NCBI GenBank assembly: GCA_035506195.1
Contig: DATJPV010000041.1
Span: 112 to 64,111 of the forward strand
Source of the DNA: Patescibacteria group bacterium
GTDB lineage: Bacteria; Omnitrophota; Gorgyraeia; Gygaellales; Profunditerraquicolaceae
Direction of reading: 5' to 3'
Length of the DNA stretch: 64,000 bases
A model generated the notes under the pieces. That model was given only the letters and a program-made list of their open reading frames with translations. It was not told where the DNA came from and searched no databases. Made by a program: the position numbers and the translations under genes. Shown here in pieces: positions 1 through 9,090 of this stretch (its first letter is position 1; each line of letters starts with the position of its first letter).

Positions 1-563
1 GCGGCAACTTCATGATGGCTGTATTCTACCTGTATCCCCAGGTTCTGCATGGTCAAAATGGTGTCCCTTCGTAAATCTTGGGCTACATCCAGCGGCACTA
101 GGTCGAAATAGCCGCCTTGATCAAGCGGCTGGGGCGTCTGCGCATTAGCAAAATAAAAATATTCCAGCTCAGGGCCCACATAGTAAATAAAGCCTTTTGC
201 CTTGGCTTTGGCCAACATGCGCTTTAATACATAGCGGGGGTCGCCTTCAAACGGTTTGCCACCAGGCTCATAGATATCACAGAACATCCGGCCTACCCTG
301 TAATCATCCTTGGTGCGCCAAGGCAGAATCGCAAAGGTATCCGGATCAGGCATGGCCACCATATCCGACTCTTCGATGCGGGCAAAGCCTTCAATGGATG
401 ACCCGTCAAAACCCATGCCCTCTTCAAGCGCCCCATCCAGCTCTTGAGGTGTAATGGCGAAGCCTTTCAGGAACCCCAAGACATCGGTGAACCACAGCCG
501 GATAAATTTTACGTTGTTCTGTTTCACTAGTTTGAGTATATCGGATTTGGTCTTTTTAGCCAT
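1..563 (-). CDS. glnA: Glutamine synthetase type I, N-terminal part only; the 3' end lies beyond window position 1
   Basis: Reverse-strand translation from the ATG at 561-563 reads MAKKTKSDILKLVKQNNVKFIRLWFTDVLGFLKGFAITPQELDGALEEGMGFDGSSIEGFARIEESDMVAMPDPDTF. This is the classic GS-I N-terminal beta-grasp (FIRLWFTD, DGSSI). No stop codon is reached before position 1. Confidence 0.85.
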   Translation of the reverse strand, partial: MAKKTKSDILKLVKQNNVKFIRLWFTDVLGFLKGFAITPQELDGALEEGMGFDGSSIEGFARIEESDMVAMPDPDTFAILPWRTKDDYRVGRMFCDIYEPGGKPFEGDPRYVLKRMLAKAKAKGFIYYVGPELEYFYFANAQTPQPLDQGGYFDLVPLDVAQDLRRDTILTMQNLGIQVEYSHHEVA

Positions 564-1713
564 GTCTTCTCCTTTTTAAAAATAGCTCGATCCGACCCAG
601 GGCCTCTTTTAAATGCTCAAGGCTGGAAGCATAAGAAATCCGCACAAAGCCCTCTGCGCAGACGCCAAAAGCGGTCCCCGGCACCACCGCAACTTTCTGC
701 TCTTTCAGGAGCCGTTGCGAAAAATCCATGGATGAAAGCCCGGTGCTGCGTATGGAAGGGAACGCGTAAAATGCCCCCTGCGGCTTCCAGCATTTCAAGC
801 CCAGGCGGTTTAAGCCGTCTACCACAAACTCCCGGCGCCTGCGGTATTCCCGCTTCATCTCTTCAAGCGCTTTTCCGCCGGTCTGCAATGCCTCGCAGGC
901 GGCCATCTGGGAGGTGATGGAAACGCACATGATCGTATACTGGTGGATCTTGGTCATTCCCGCGATCACTTCTTTCGGGCCGCAGGCAAAACCTACACGC
1001 CAGCCGGTCATGGCGTAACTTTTGGAGAACCCGTCAAGATATACGGTGCGCTCCTGGGCGCCGGGAAGGCTGGCAAACGGCGTATGCGGGAAGTCATACG
1101 TAAGCTCGCCGTAGACTTCGTCGGTAATGCACATAAGGCCGTGCGCGAGCACGACCTTCTTCAGGGCGTCAAGTTCCTTGCGGGTATAGGAAACCCCCGT
1201 GGGGTTGGAAGGGTAATTCAGCATCAACGCAATGGTCTTCTTATCAATGGCCTTTTCCAATACCGCCGGGGTCAGCTTGCATCCGTGTCTGGTCGTGTCA
1301 ATATACACCGGGACCCCGCCGGCAAGCTCGGTTACCGGGCCGTACGAAACATAACCGGGGACGGGTATCAGGACCTTGTCGCCCGGGTTGATAAGCGTAC
1401 GCAACACAAGGTCCACGGCCTCGCTGACTCCCACGGTAATGAGGATCTGGTCATCCGGCGAATACTGAAGGCCATACCTGTTTCTTAAATAACGCGCCAA
1501 GCTCAAACGCAGCTTATAGAGCCCTTTATTCGAGGTATACGACGTAAACCCCTGTTCCAGAGAGTAGATCCCAGCCTCGCGTATCTGCCAGGGCGTGACG
1601 AAATCCGGCTCTCCCACTCCCAGGGATATGACATCCTTCATTCCCAGCACCAGGTCAAAAAATGCCCGGATGCCGGAAGGCTGCATGTGCTCTACTTTTT
1701 TTGAAATATCCAT
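556..1713 (-). CDS. PLP-dependent aminotransferase, class I/II (aspartate/aromatic aminotransferase family)
   Basis: 385-aa ORF. The SKSYAMTGWRVG motif carries the PLP lysine, and LNYPSNPTG is typical of AAT-like fold type I. It overlaps the glnA start by 8 nt. Confidence 0.85.
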   Translation of the reverse strand: MDISKKVEHMQPSGIRAFFDLVLGMKDVISLGVGEPDFVTPWQIREAGIYSLEQGFTSYTSNKGLYKLRLSLARYLRNRYGLQYSPDDQILITVGVSEAVDLVLRTLINPGDKVLIPVPGYVSYGPVTELAGGVPVYIDTTRHGCKLTPAVLEKAIDKKTIALMLNYPSNPTGVSYTRKELDALKKVVLAHGLMCITDEVYGELTYDFPHTPFASLPGAQERTVYLDGFSKSYAMTGWRVGFACGPKEVIAGMTKIHQYTIMCVSITSQMAACEALQTGGKALEEMKREYRRRREFVVDGLNRLGLKCWKPQGAFYAFPSIRSTGLSSMDFSQRLLKEQKVAVVPGTAFGVCAEGFVRISYASSLEHLKEALGRIELFLKRRRHG

Positions 1714-1717
1714 GTGA

Positions 1718-2203
1718 TTAATACGATATGGCGATCCTCTTGTTTTCCTCTTTGCGCTTGAGAATGACGCCGTCCTCTTTATATTTCTTCAACAAAAAAT
1801 GGGTAACCGTGCCGCGGATATTCTCCAGCGGAGACAATTTCTCGGCGACGAAGCTGGAAACCGTATGCAGGTCGCGGCCTTCCACGATCAAAAGCAGGTC
1901 ATAGGTCCCAGAGATAAGATAACAGCTGGTGACTTCCGGGAACGAATAGATGCGTTCGGCGATCTTGTCGAACCCCAGGTCTTTCTGGGGGATGATATTA
2001 ACTTCGATGAGCGCCCTGACTTCAGAGTCGGTATCCTTAAACAGCTCTCTGTTGATTATTGCTTTATATTTCAGGATCACGCCTTCTTTTTCATATTTGG
2101 CAATGGCTTTTTTTACATTCTGAGCCTTTTTTTTGAGCATCTTGGCTATCTCTTCGGGAGTCAAGCGCGCGTCTTTTTCCAATACTTCTAATATCTCGTC
2201 CAT
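1718..2203 (-). CDS. Lrp/AsnC family transcriptional regulator
   Basis: An N-terminal HTH (MDEILEVLEKDARLTPEEIAKML) is followed by a RAM/ACT-like C-terminal domain. The start was chosen at the internal ATG, which is preceded by AGGAGGA. The ORF-track start at 2230 would overlap nadE. Confidence 0.8.
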   Translation of the reverse strand: MDEILEVLEKDARLTPEEIAKMLKKKAQNVKKAIAKYEKEGVILKYKAIINRELFKDTDSEVRALIEVNIIPQKDLGFDKIAERIYSFPEVTSCYLISGTYDLLLIVEGRDLHTVSSFVAEKLSPLENIRGTVTHFLLKKYKEDGVILKRKEENKRIAISY

Positions 2204-2220
2204 TTCGCATCCTCCTGGTT

Positions 2221-2937
2221 TCAGGGGCAATACATCCTGGGCATCTGCCGTTTATGCTGCGAACCTGTATGCATCCGGATTACCTTGGCGACTGCCGTTT
2301 TTGGGGCGGCCTGCCCTTTCTTATATGCCAGCCGTCCCAATATCTCATCCAGCTCCAGATAGCTGATCCCCATATCCGCCTCATCTGTCTGGCCGGGCTT
2401 CAGGCCGGCAGTAGGGGCCTTGGCAATGATCCGCCGGGGGATACCTATCTCGACCGCAAGTTGACGCACCTGCCTTTTTAGCAGGCCGGCAATCGGCAAT
2501 ATGTCAGCCGCGCCGTCGCCGTATTTGGTAAAATAACCGGTCAATAATTCTGATTTGTTGCTGGTGCCGCACACCAGATAATTGAGCTTATTGGCAAAAT
2601 AATAAAGCACCAGCATTCTCAGCCGGGGCTTCAGGTTTGTTCTCGCACGCTGGTTTGCCGGCGGAAGGACCCTAACCAGCTTATCGTATATATCGGATAA
2701 ATCTATGGTTTTAACCCAGATGCCCAGTTTCTGGCTGGCCAGCCTTGCATCTTGCGAGTCTTGCTTTTGGCTGTGGCAAGGCAACACTAAAGCCAAAACC
2801 TTTTTGCGGCCAAGCGCCTGCCTGGCCAACGCAGCAACAACGCAGGAATCAAGCCCGCCGCTGAGGCCGATCACCACGCCTCTGGCCCCGGACTGCTTAA
2901 CCTGCAGCTTGATCCAGGCAATGATTTTTTTACGCAT
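2221..2937 (-). CDS. nadE: NH3-dependent NAD+ synthetase
   Basis: The PP-loop SGGLDS sits in GVVIGLSGGLDSCVVAAL. Length is about 238 aa. Confidence 0.85.
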   Translation of the reverse strand: MRKKIIAWIKLQVKQSGARGVVIGLSGGLDSCVVAALARQALGRKKVLALVLPCHSQKQDSQDARLASQKLGIWVKTIDLSDIYDKLVRVLPPANQRARTNLKPRLRMLVLYYFANKLNYLVCGTSNKSELLTGYFTKYGDGAADILPIAGLLKRQVRQLAVEIGIPRRIIAKAPTAGLKPGQTDEADMGISYLELDEILGRLAYKKGQAAPKTAVAKVIRMHTGSQHKRQMPRMYCP

Positions 2938-2984
2938 GTTCTTTTTCGATTATTGTTGAATTATAGCACCCAGCTATGGGAGGG

Positions 2985-3662
2985 TCAAGGAGATATTGGC
3001 GCTTTGCAGACATTGACACAGACGCCGCAGATATACTGGTCCACCAGGCGTAGCTTCTGAAATTCCTTCAGCTTTTCAAAACACTTCAGGTAGTCGAAAT
3101 CCGCCGGTTTTTCCTTTATGGAGCCGCTGGGGCAGACAGCCACGCACGCCCGGCATCGGCCACAACCGTCTTTAACGGGCTTATCGGCCTTTAAGGGCAT
3201 ATCGGTCAGGATGGTCACCAGCCGGAACTGGCTGCCCAGCCTCTTATTCACGAGCAGATTATTACGGCCGATCCATCCCAGCCCCGCAAGATAGCCGACC
3301 TTTTTGTGGGAGAGATGGGCCTTCTGATTCTGCCAGTCGATAATCTGGGAGGCCGGCACAGGCAAAGCAAGAAAACCCTTGGATTGAATGAAATTGACCG
3401 TCCGTAAAGCCAGCTGATCCAGGAACGCATTTAAAGTCCGGTAATGGTGAAAATAAAGTTTCGTAGGGTGGTCGCTGATCTCCTGCAATGCCGCCGCGGA
3501 GAGCCTGGCACCCAGCACGATCGCATTGCCCATCGCCTGTGTCAGTTCCGCAGGCAGAATGAACTCTTCTCTGATATGCGTAATATCCGCAACGCCGAAC
3601 GCATCCGCTCCCCAGTGGCAACAGAATTTTTTGATGGCCGCGTAGTTTTTTTTCTTATCCAT
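2985..3662 (-). CDS. 4Fe-4S dicluster protein, short epoxyqueuosine-reductase (QueG)-like
   Basis: Two ferredoxin-type cysteine clusters are present (CGRCRACVAVCP and CGVCVNVCK). The start was set at the internal MDKKK. The longer ORF-track start at 3737 is possible. Confidence 0.5.
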   Translation of the reverse strand: MDKKKNYAAIKKFCCHWGADAFGVADITHIREEFILPAELTQAMGNAIVLGARLSAAALQEISDHPTKLYFHHYRTLNAFLDQLALRTVNFIQSKGFLALPVPASQIIDWQNQKAHLSHKKVGYLAGLGWIGRNNLLVNKRLGSQFRLVTILTDMPLKADKPVKDGCGRCRACVAVCPSGSIKEKPADFDYLKCFEKLKEFQKLRLVDQYICGVCVNVCKAPISP

Positions 3663-5514
3663 TGAATTTGCGCAGGTGTACCATGAGGATCGATATCGCT
3701 GCCGGCGTAACTCCGGAAATACGCGAGGCCTGGCCAAGGTTCAGGGGCTTGAACCCCGTCAACTTCTCCCTTATCTCCCGCGAGAGGCCGGCGATAGCGC
3801 CGTATTCGATCCCGGCAGGTATCCGGATCTTTTCCAGGTTCCGGAACCGCTCTACCTCTTTTAATTGCCGCTGAATAAATCCAGCATATTTTACCTCAAT
3901 TTCAACCTGCTGGGAAACGAATTCTGGGATACCCGCGGCATCGGGACACAGCTCCTTAAGCTGCCCCAGGCCCACCTGAGGCCTCTTAAGCAGTGCTTCC
4001 AGGTACACGGCCTTGGTTATGGGGGCGGTCTGCAGCCGGCTCAAGCCGGCATTGACCTGCGGGCCGGGTTTAAGACGGATACTCTGCAATACCTTGATGC
4101 CGTCGGCAACGGCTTTTTCTTTTTCCTGGACCCTGCGATAGGCGGCATCGCTTAGCAGACCGACTTCTTGGCCTATCTTGCCCAGACGCATATCCGCGTT
4201 ATCTTCGCGTAAAAGCAGGCGGTATTCTACCCGCGAAGTGAACATCCGGTAGGGTTCACTGGTGCCCTTGGTGGTCAGGTCGTCGATAAGCACACCTATG
4301 TAGCCGCGGGAACGGTCCAGGACCAAGGGGGGCCTGTTTTTTACGCGCAGGCCGGCATTTATCCCGGCGATCAGGCCTTGTGCCGCCGCCTCTTCGTAAC
4401 CGGTAGTGCCGTTGATCTGGCCGGCCAGAAACAGGTTCTTTATTCTTTTTGTTTCCAGCGTCGGGTACAACTGCGTCGGTTCGACCACCGTATGCTCTAT
4501 CCCGTAGCCGAAATGGATCACCCGCGCCTCCTGGAGGCCCTCAATGGAATGAATGATCGCCTCTTGCACGTCCTCCGGCAGGCTAGTGGCCAGGCCGTTG
4601 GGATAGATATCATCGACATCATATCCTTCGGGTTCCAGGAATATCTGGTGCCGGGGCTTATCCCCGAACTTCACGATCTTATCTTCAACCGAAGGGCAAT
4701 ACCGCACGCCCGTGGCCTTGATGAGGCCGGTGTACAGAGGAGAACGGTCGAGGTTTTTCAGGATGATGCCATGGGTCTTTGCGTTAGTATAGGTAATATG
4801 GCAGGGGACCTGTTTCTGCGGCAGGCTTACGGTGGAAAACGAAAACGGCCGGGGAGGCATATCCGGTTGCTGTGCGGCCAGGCGCGAAAAATCAATGCTC
4901 TTTTTATCCAGGCGCGGGCAGGTGCCGGTCTTGAAACGCAACAAAGCAAAGCCTAAATCTCTTAAATTATCGCTCAACGCAACGGCAGCCGGCTCGTTGA
5001 TCCTGCCTCCGTTTACATGATTCAGACCGACGTGGATGAGGCCGTTCAAAAATGTGCCGGGCGCGATCACCACGCAGGCAGCCGGGATTGTTTCCTGTTC
5101 AGAAGTAACCACTCCCCGGACAACGTGATCCTCTATAACCAGATGCCTGACTTCCGAAACCCTGATCTCCAGATTTTTCTGCGCGCGGAGAGTCTCCCGC
5201 ATGTAGTTTTTGTAGAGCTGCCGGTCGATCTGGGCGCGCGATGACTGCACGGCCGCGCCTTTGGAAGCATTAAGGATTCTGAACTGTATGCCGCAGGCAT
5301 CGGCTGCCTTGGCCATTTCACCGCCCAAAGCGTCTATTTCTTTTACCAGCTGGCCTTTGCCCACTCCGCCGATTGCCGGATTACAGCTCATATGACCGAT
5401 GGTATCCGGCCGCAGGGTGATCAAAAGCGTCCTGGCGCCCATACGGCTCGAAGCCAGGCCCGCCTCGATTCCGGCATGCCCGGCGCCGATTATGATGACT
5501 TCATAGCTCTTCAT
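3655..5514 (-). CDS. mnmG: tRNA uridine 5-carboxymethylaminomethyl modification enzyme MnmG (GidA)
   Basis: An FAD-binding GAGHAG lies at the N-terminus (MKSYEVIIIGAGHAGIEAG). Length is about 620 aa. Conserved MnmG blocks run throughout. The first in-frame start codon in the track is a TTG, so the ATG at 5514 was preferred. Confidence 0.9.
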   Translation of the reverse strand: MKSYEVIIIGAGHAGIEAGLASSRMGARTLLITLRPDTIGHMSCNPAIGGVGKGQLVKEIDALGGEMAKAADACGIQFRILNASKGAAVQSSRAQIDRQLYKNYMRETLRAQKNLEIRVSEVRHLVIEDHVVRGVVTSEQETIPAACVVIAPGTFLNGLIHVGLNHVNGGRINEPAAVALSDNLRDLGFALLRFKTGTCPRLDKKSIDFSRLAAQQPDMPPRPFSFSTVSLPQKQVPCHITYTNAKTHGIILKNLDRSPLYTGLIKATGVRYCPSVEDKIVKFGDKPRHQIFLEPEGYDVDDIYPNGLATSLPEDVQEAIIHSIEGLQEARVIHFGYGIEHTVVEPTQLYPTLETKRIKNLFLAGQINGTTGYEEAAAQGLIAGINAGLRVKNRPPLVLDRSRGYIGVLIDDLTTKGTSEPYRMFTSRVEYRLLLREDNADMRLGKIGQEVGLLSDAAYRRVQEKEKAVADGIKVLQSIRLKPGPQVNAGLSRLQTAPITKAVYLEALLKRPQVGLGQLKELCPDAAGIPEFVSQQVEIEVKYAGFIQRQLKEVERFRNLEKIRIPAGIEYGAIAGLSREIREKLTGFKPLNLGQASRISGVTPAAISILMVHLRKFNG

Positions 5515-5586
5515 TATGGCTTGGTTAGTTTTTTGCAACGCCGGATACAGCGCTGCTTAAGGCGAGATGGGAGTAAGATTAAACCC

Positions 5587-7875
5587 CTAACACTTCGAAA
5601 AGCCGCATGCCGCGCACTTGACGCATCCTTCTTCGTGGCGCAAGGCCCCTCCGCAATCAGGACAGACGCCCACAATGTCCCCTTTGGCTTCTAGTCCCAC
5701 GGTGACTTCTTCATCGTCATGGGCATGCTTCATCGCCACCGAAGAGGCCTCTACGGGAAGACCGGTGATGGGATTAACCAGCCTTTTTTCGATTACGCGG
5801 GCAATGGCGTCGGCGCAGGAAAATATCCTTTGCCCTTTTTCCCAGGAGGGGCTGGGACAGCGGATATTGCGCAGCTGTTCGACGATGGATCTGACCTCGA
5901 CACCGGAACGGAAGGCCATAGAGACCAGCCGGCCGATAGCTTCAAGCTGACTGGCGGCGCAACCGCCGGCCTTACCCATCTGGGTAAATAGCTCGAAGGG
6001 CTTACTCTGTTCGTCAAGGTTGATCGTTACGTAGAGATTACCGCAGCCGGTAGCCACCTTGGTCGTAGTCCCGATAATGACTTCCGGCCGGGGGCGCGGA
6101 GCGATTTTACCGGGCTCTGCCGTTTTTTGTTCGCTGGGCTTTTCTTTGCGGCCGACATTCAAAACCTGCTCTTCGCGACTGCCGTCGCGGTAAATGGTGA
6201 TACCCTTACAGCCTAATTCGTATGCTAAAAGATACGCCTTTCTTACCTCTTCCTGGGTCGCATCATGAGGGAAATTGATGGTTTTGGAGGTGGCGTTATG
6301 GACATATTTCTGGAATGCCGCCTGCATACGCACATGCCATTCGGGAGAAATATCGTGGGCAGTCACGCAGACTTTCTTGACATCTTCGGGAACGCCTTCA
6401 ATGTGCTTGAGCGAAGTGGTTTCAGCGATCTTTTCCATCAACTGACGGCTATAGAAACCCCGCTCGCGGGCAATCTCTTCGAACAGCGGATCAACCTCAA
6501 CAAGCTTGTCGTTGTCCATGACGTTGCGGTAATAGACGATCGCAAAGAGCGGTTCGATCCCCGAAGAGCACGGGCCGGCGATGATACTGATGGTACCCGT
6601 AGGGGCGATGGTGGTCAAGGTGGCATTGCGCACCTTGGTACCGCCCTCCTTCTTGTCGTACACGCTGCCCTTGAATGCCGGGAATGTGCCTCTTTCCTTA
6701 GCCAGCTTCTGTGATTTCTTGTTCGCCTCGCTTAACACAAAAGACATGACTTTTTCTGCAAGGGCCACGGCCTCTTCCGAGTCATACGGGATACCCAGGC
6801 GGATAAGAAGGGTCGCCCAACCCATAACCCCCAATCCGATCTTACGGGTCGCCTTCGTGGCCTTTTCTATTTCGGGAATAGGGAATTTATTGACGTCGAT
6901 CAAATTGTCCAGGAAATGCACGGCCAGTTGCGTAACCTCGGCAAGCCGGTCCCAATCGATCTCATAATGCCAGCCGCCCGCCTTCTTGTACAGTTTGGCC
7001 AGGTTTATCGAACCCAGATCGCAACTTTCGTACGGCAGAAGAGGCTGTTCGCCGCAGGGATTGGTGCTTTCGATGGCGCCAAGCTTCGGGGTGGGGTTAT
7101 ACTGGTTGATCCGGTCGATAAAGATAATGCCGGGTTCGCCGTTTTTGTGCGCGTACTTGACGATCAGGTCAAACACATCTTTGGCATGAAGACGCTTAAT
7201 TACCTTTTGGGTGCGCGGGTCGATCAGGTCGTAGTCCTCTCCTTTTTCCAGCTTCTGCATAAAATCATCGGTGACCGCAACGGAAATATTGAAGTTATTG
7301 ATCTGCTTGTTATCTTCTTTGCAAGCGATGAACTCCAGGATATCGGGATGGTCGATACGCAGGATCCCCATATTGGCTCCCCGGCGCGTACCGCCCTGCT
7401 TGACTGCTTCGGTTGCCGAGTCGTAGACGCGCATGAAGGAAACCGGGCCGGAGGCTACTCCGCCGGTAGTCTGGACTACCGCATTCTTTGCGCGCAGGCG
7501 GGAAAAAGAAAAACCCGTGCCCCCGCCGGACTTATGGATGATCGCGGTTGCTTTCAGGGTCTCGAATATCGACTCCATCGAATCCAGGACCGGCAGCGTA
7601 AAACAGGCGCTGAGCTGTCCTAACTCCCTGCCCGCATTCATCAGGCACGGCGAGTTCGGCATGAATTCAAACTCGGTCATCATCCGATAAAAGGCTTCTT
7701 GAAGGACCACGACCTCTTTGTCTGTCTTGCCGTAGACCTTCTCCGCTGCGGCAATCGTCTTGGCGACGCGGGTAAATAACTCCTGCGGAGTTTCGATGAC
7801 CTTGCCGTTTTCGTCTTTTTTCAGGTATCTTCTCTCCAGCACTTTTAACGCATTGTCACTTAAGCTTAACGCCAT
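5587..7875 (-). CDS. nrdJ: Adenosylcobalamin-dependent (class II) ribonucleoside-diphosphate reductase
   Basis: The N-terminus MALSLSDNALKVLERRYLKKDENGKVIETPQELFTRVA is diagnostic for class II RNR. The protein is 762 aa with a C-terminal Cys-rich tail (CPDCGG...CVKCAACG). The start ATG at 7873-7875 follows a GAGGTG Shine-Dalgarno. Confidence 0.9.
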   Translation of the reverse strand: MALSLSDNALKVLERRYLKKDENGKVIETPQELFTRVAKTIAAAEKVYGKTDKEVVVLQEAFYRMMTEFEFMPNSPCLMNAGRELGQLSACFTLPVLDSMESIFETLKATAIIHKSGGGTGFSFSRLRAKNAVVQTTGGVASGPVSFMRVYDSATEAVKQGGTRRGANMGILRIDHPDILEFIACKEDNKQINNFNISVAVTDDFMQKLEKGEDYDLIDPRTQKVIKRLHAKDVFDLIVKYAHKNGEPGIIFIDRINQYNPTPKLGAIESTNPCGEQPLLPYESCDLGSINLAKLYKKAGGWHYEIDWDRLAEVTQLAVHFLDNLIDVNKFPIPEIEKATKATRKIGLGVMGWATLLIRLGIPYDSEEAVALAEKVMSFVLSEANKKSQKLAKERGTFPAFKGSVYDKKEGGTKVRNATLTTIAPTGTISIIAGPCSSGIEPLFAIVYYRNVMDNDKLVEVDPLFEEIARERGFYSRQLMEKIAETTSLKHIEGVPEDVKKVCVTAHDISPEWHVRMQAAFQKYVHNATSKTINFPHDATQEEVRKAYLLAYELGCKGITIYRDGSREEQVLNVGRKEKPSEQKTAEPGKIAPRPRPEVIIGTTTKVATGCGNLYVTINLDEQSKPFELFTQMGKAGGCAASQLEAIGRLVSMAFRSGVEVRSIVEQLRNIRCPSPSWEKGQRIFSCADAIARVIEKRLVNPITGLPVEASSVAMKHAHDDEEVTVGLEAKGDIVGVCPDCGGALRHEEGCVKCAACGFSKC

Positions 7876-7952
7876 GATACACCTCAAAAGTTTGAATTGT
7901 TTATGTGCGTTCTAAAAACGAACTATAACACCTTTTTAAAATCTTGTCAACA

Positions 7953-8006
7953 GAAAATACAATATGTAGTATAGCGCTTTATCTTTTTACACTATAAATT
8001 GTATTG
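7953..8006. promoter_or_regulatory. Two candidate NrdR boxes upstream of nrdJ
   Basis: ATACAATATGTAGTAT (about 7955-7970) and ACACTATAAATTGTAT (about 7989-8004) match the 16-bp NrdR operator consensus acaCtAtATaTaGtgt at 12-13 of 16 positions. They lie 34 bp apart, 70-120 bp upstream of the nrdJ start. Confidence 0.3.
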
Positions 8007-8050
8007 ACGCCGGCTGGCCTGAGAACGGGGAGATTGTGTAAGATGAAGAC

Positions 8051-9070
8051 TTATGCGATCGTTCTGCACGATTCCCTGACAACCAGCTCTGTGGGAAGAA
8101 CGAACTTTCTTGCCCCTCCTTTCTTGCCGCCCATCAAAAGCGTCAGTTCTTTTACAGCCTCATGCGCCATCTTCAGTAAAGGTTGTCTGACGGTGGTCAA
8201 GGCAACCGATCCGTATAGTCCTGATGGATTGTCGTCGAAACCGACGATAGACAGATCTCCGGGGACATCCCTGCCCAGTTCTTTGACAACGGTCATCACT
8301 TCCAAGGCCATGGAGTCGGAGGCGACAAATACCGCGCTCGCAGGATTATCCATCTCGATTAAGCGTTCGGCGATCTGCCTTGCCTGTCCCCGCGAATAGT
8401 CGGTCTTAAAGATGTAGTCGGGGTTTGCCTCAATGCCGCCTTTCTTCAGCGCTCTCTTATACCCCTCGAGCCGCTGACCAGCTGCCTGAGTGATCAAATC
8501 GCCGGTGATGTGGGCGATCCGTCTATGGCCCAGGCCGATCAGGTAATTAACGGCGCTTTCCGCCCCGCCGGTATTATCGATAGAAATACAACTGACATCT
8601 ATATCCGTTACGTGGTTATTGATCACGACGCAGGGGGTCCCTGTTGCGAGGGCATCCAGCAGCTGCTGCCGATTCCCGATGACATCGGCAAAAATAATCC
8701 CGCCTGCCCCTTTCAGGTTGAGAGGCGCATTCGCTTCGGTGATATGTAACAACAGGTCCAATTTTAACGATTCGCAGATGGTTCCGATGCCCCGGATCAG
8801 TTCCAGTGCGTAAAACGAATAAAAGATCCCTTCGTAACGCGGCACGATCAGGGCCACGACGTTGCTTTTCCCCGTGGCTAGCCTTTGGGCCAGCACCGAA
8901 GGCTGATAATGAAGCTCCTTTATGGCGCTTAAGACCTTAACGCGATTCTTTTCTTTGACCGACGAGAACTTATTGAGGACTCGCGAGACGGTAGTGATCG
9001 AGACACCTGCCAGGCGGGCGACATCTTCTATGGAAACAGTCGTAGAGGAGGTCTTTTTGACGCGTGTCAT
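8051..9070 (-). CDS. LacI family transcriptional regulator
   Basis: An N-terminal HTH (VSIEDVARLAGVSITTVSRVLN) is followed by a periplasmic-binding-protein-like sugar-binding core. Confidence 0.85.
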   Translation of the reverse strand: MTRVKKTSSTTVSIEDVARLAGVSITTVSRVLNKFSSVKEKNRVKVLSAIKELHYQPSVLAQRLATGKSNVVALIVPRYEGIFYSFYALELIRGIGTICESLKLDLLLHITEANAPLNLKGAGGIIFADVIGNRQQLLDALATGTPCVVINNHVTDIDVSCISIDNTGGAESAVNYLIGLGHRRIAHITGDLITQAAGQRLEGYKRALKKGGIEANPDYIFKTDYSRGQARQIAERLIEMDNPASAVFVASDSMALEVMTVVKELGRDVPGDLSIVGFDDNPSGLYGSVALTTVRQPLLKMAHEAVKELTLLMGGKKGGARKFVLPTELVVRESCRTIA

Positions 9071-9090
9071 GAGTCAGTAAAGAAGGTAAT

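Noticed and set aside
943-1488. A 181-aa plus-strand ORF antisense to the aminotransferase gene. Similar long antisense ORFs occur at 4378..4956, 6916..7623, 12081..12680, 19002..19793 and 50285..51136.
   Set aside because: Each lies entirely inside a well-supported minus-strand gene. The translations are Arg/Gly/Pro-rich and low in complexity with no motifs, as expected for shadow ORFs in GC-rich coding DNA.
7876-8050. Possible cobalamin riboswitch upstream of the B12-dependent nrdJ
   Set aside because: No B12-box-like conserved core or multi-stem architecture is visible. B12 riboswitches typically control B12-independent isozymes or transporters, not nrdJ.
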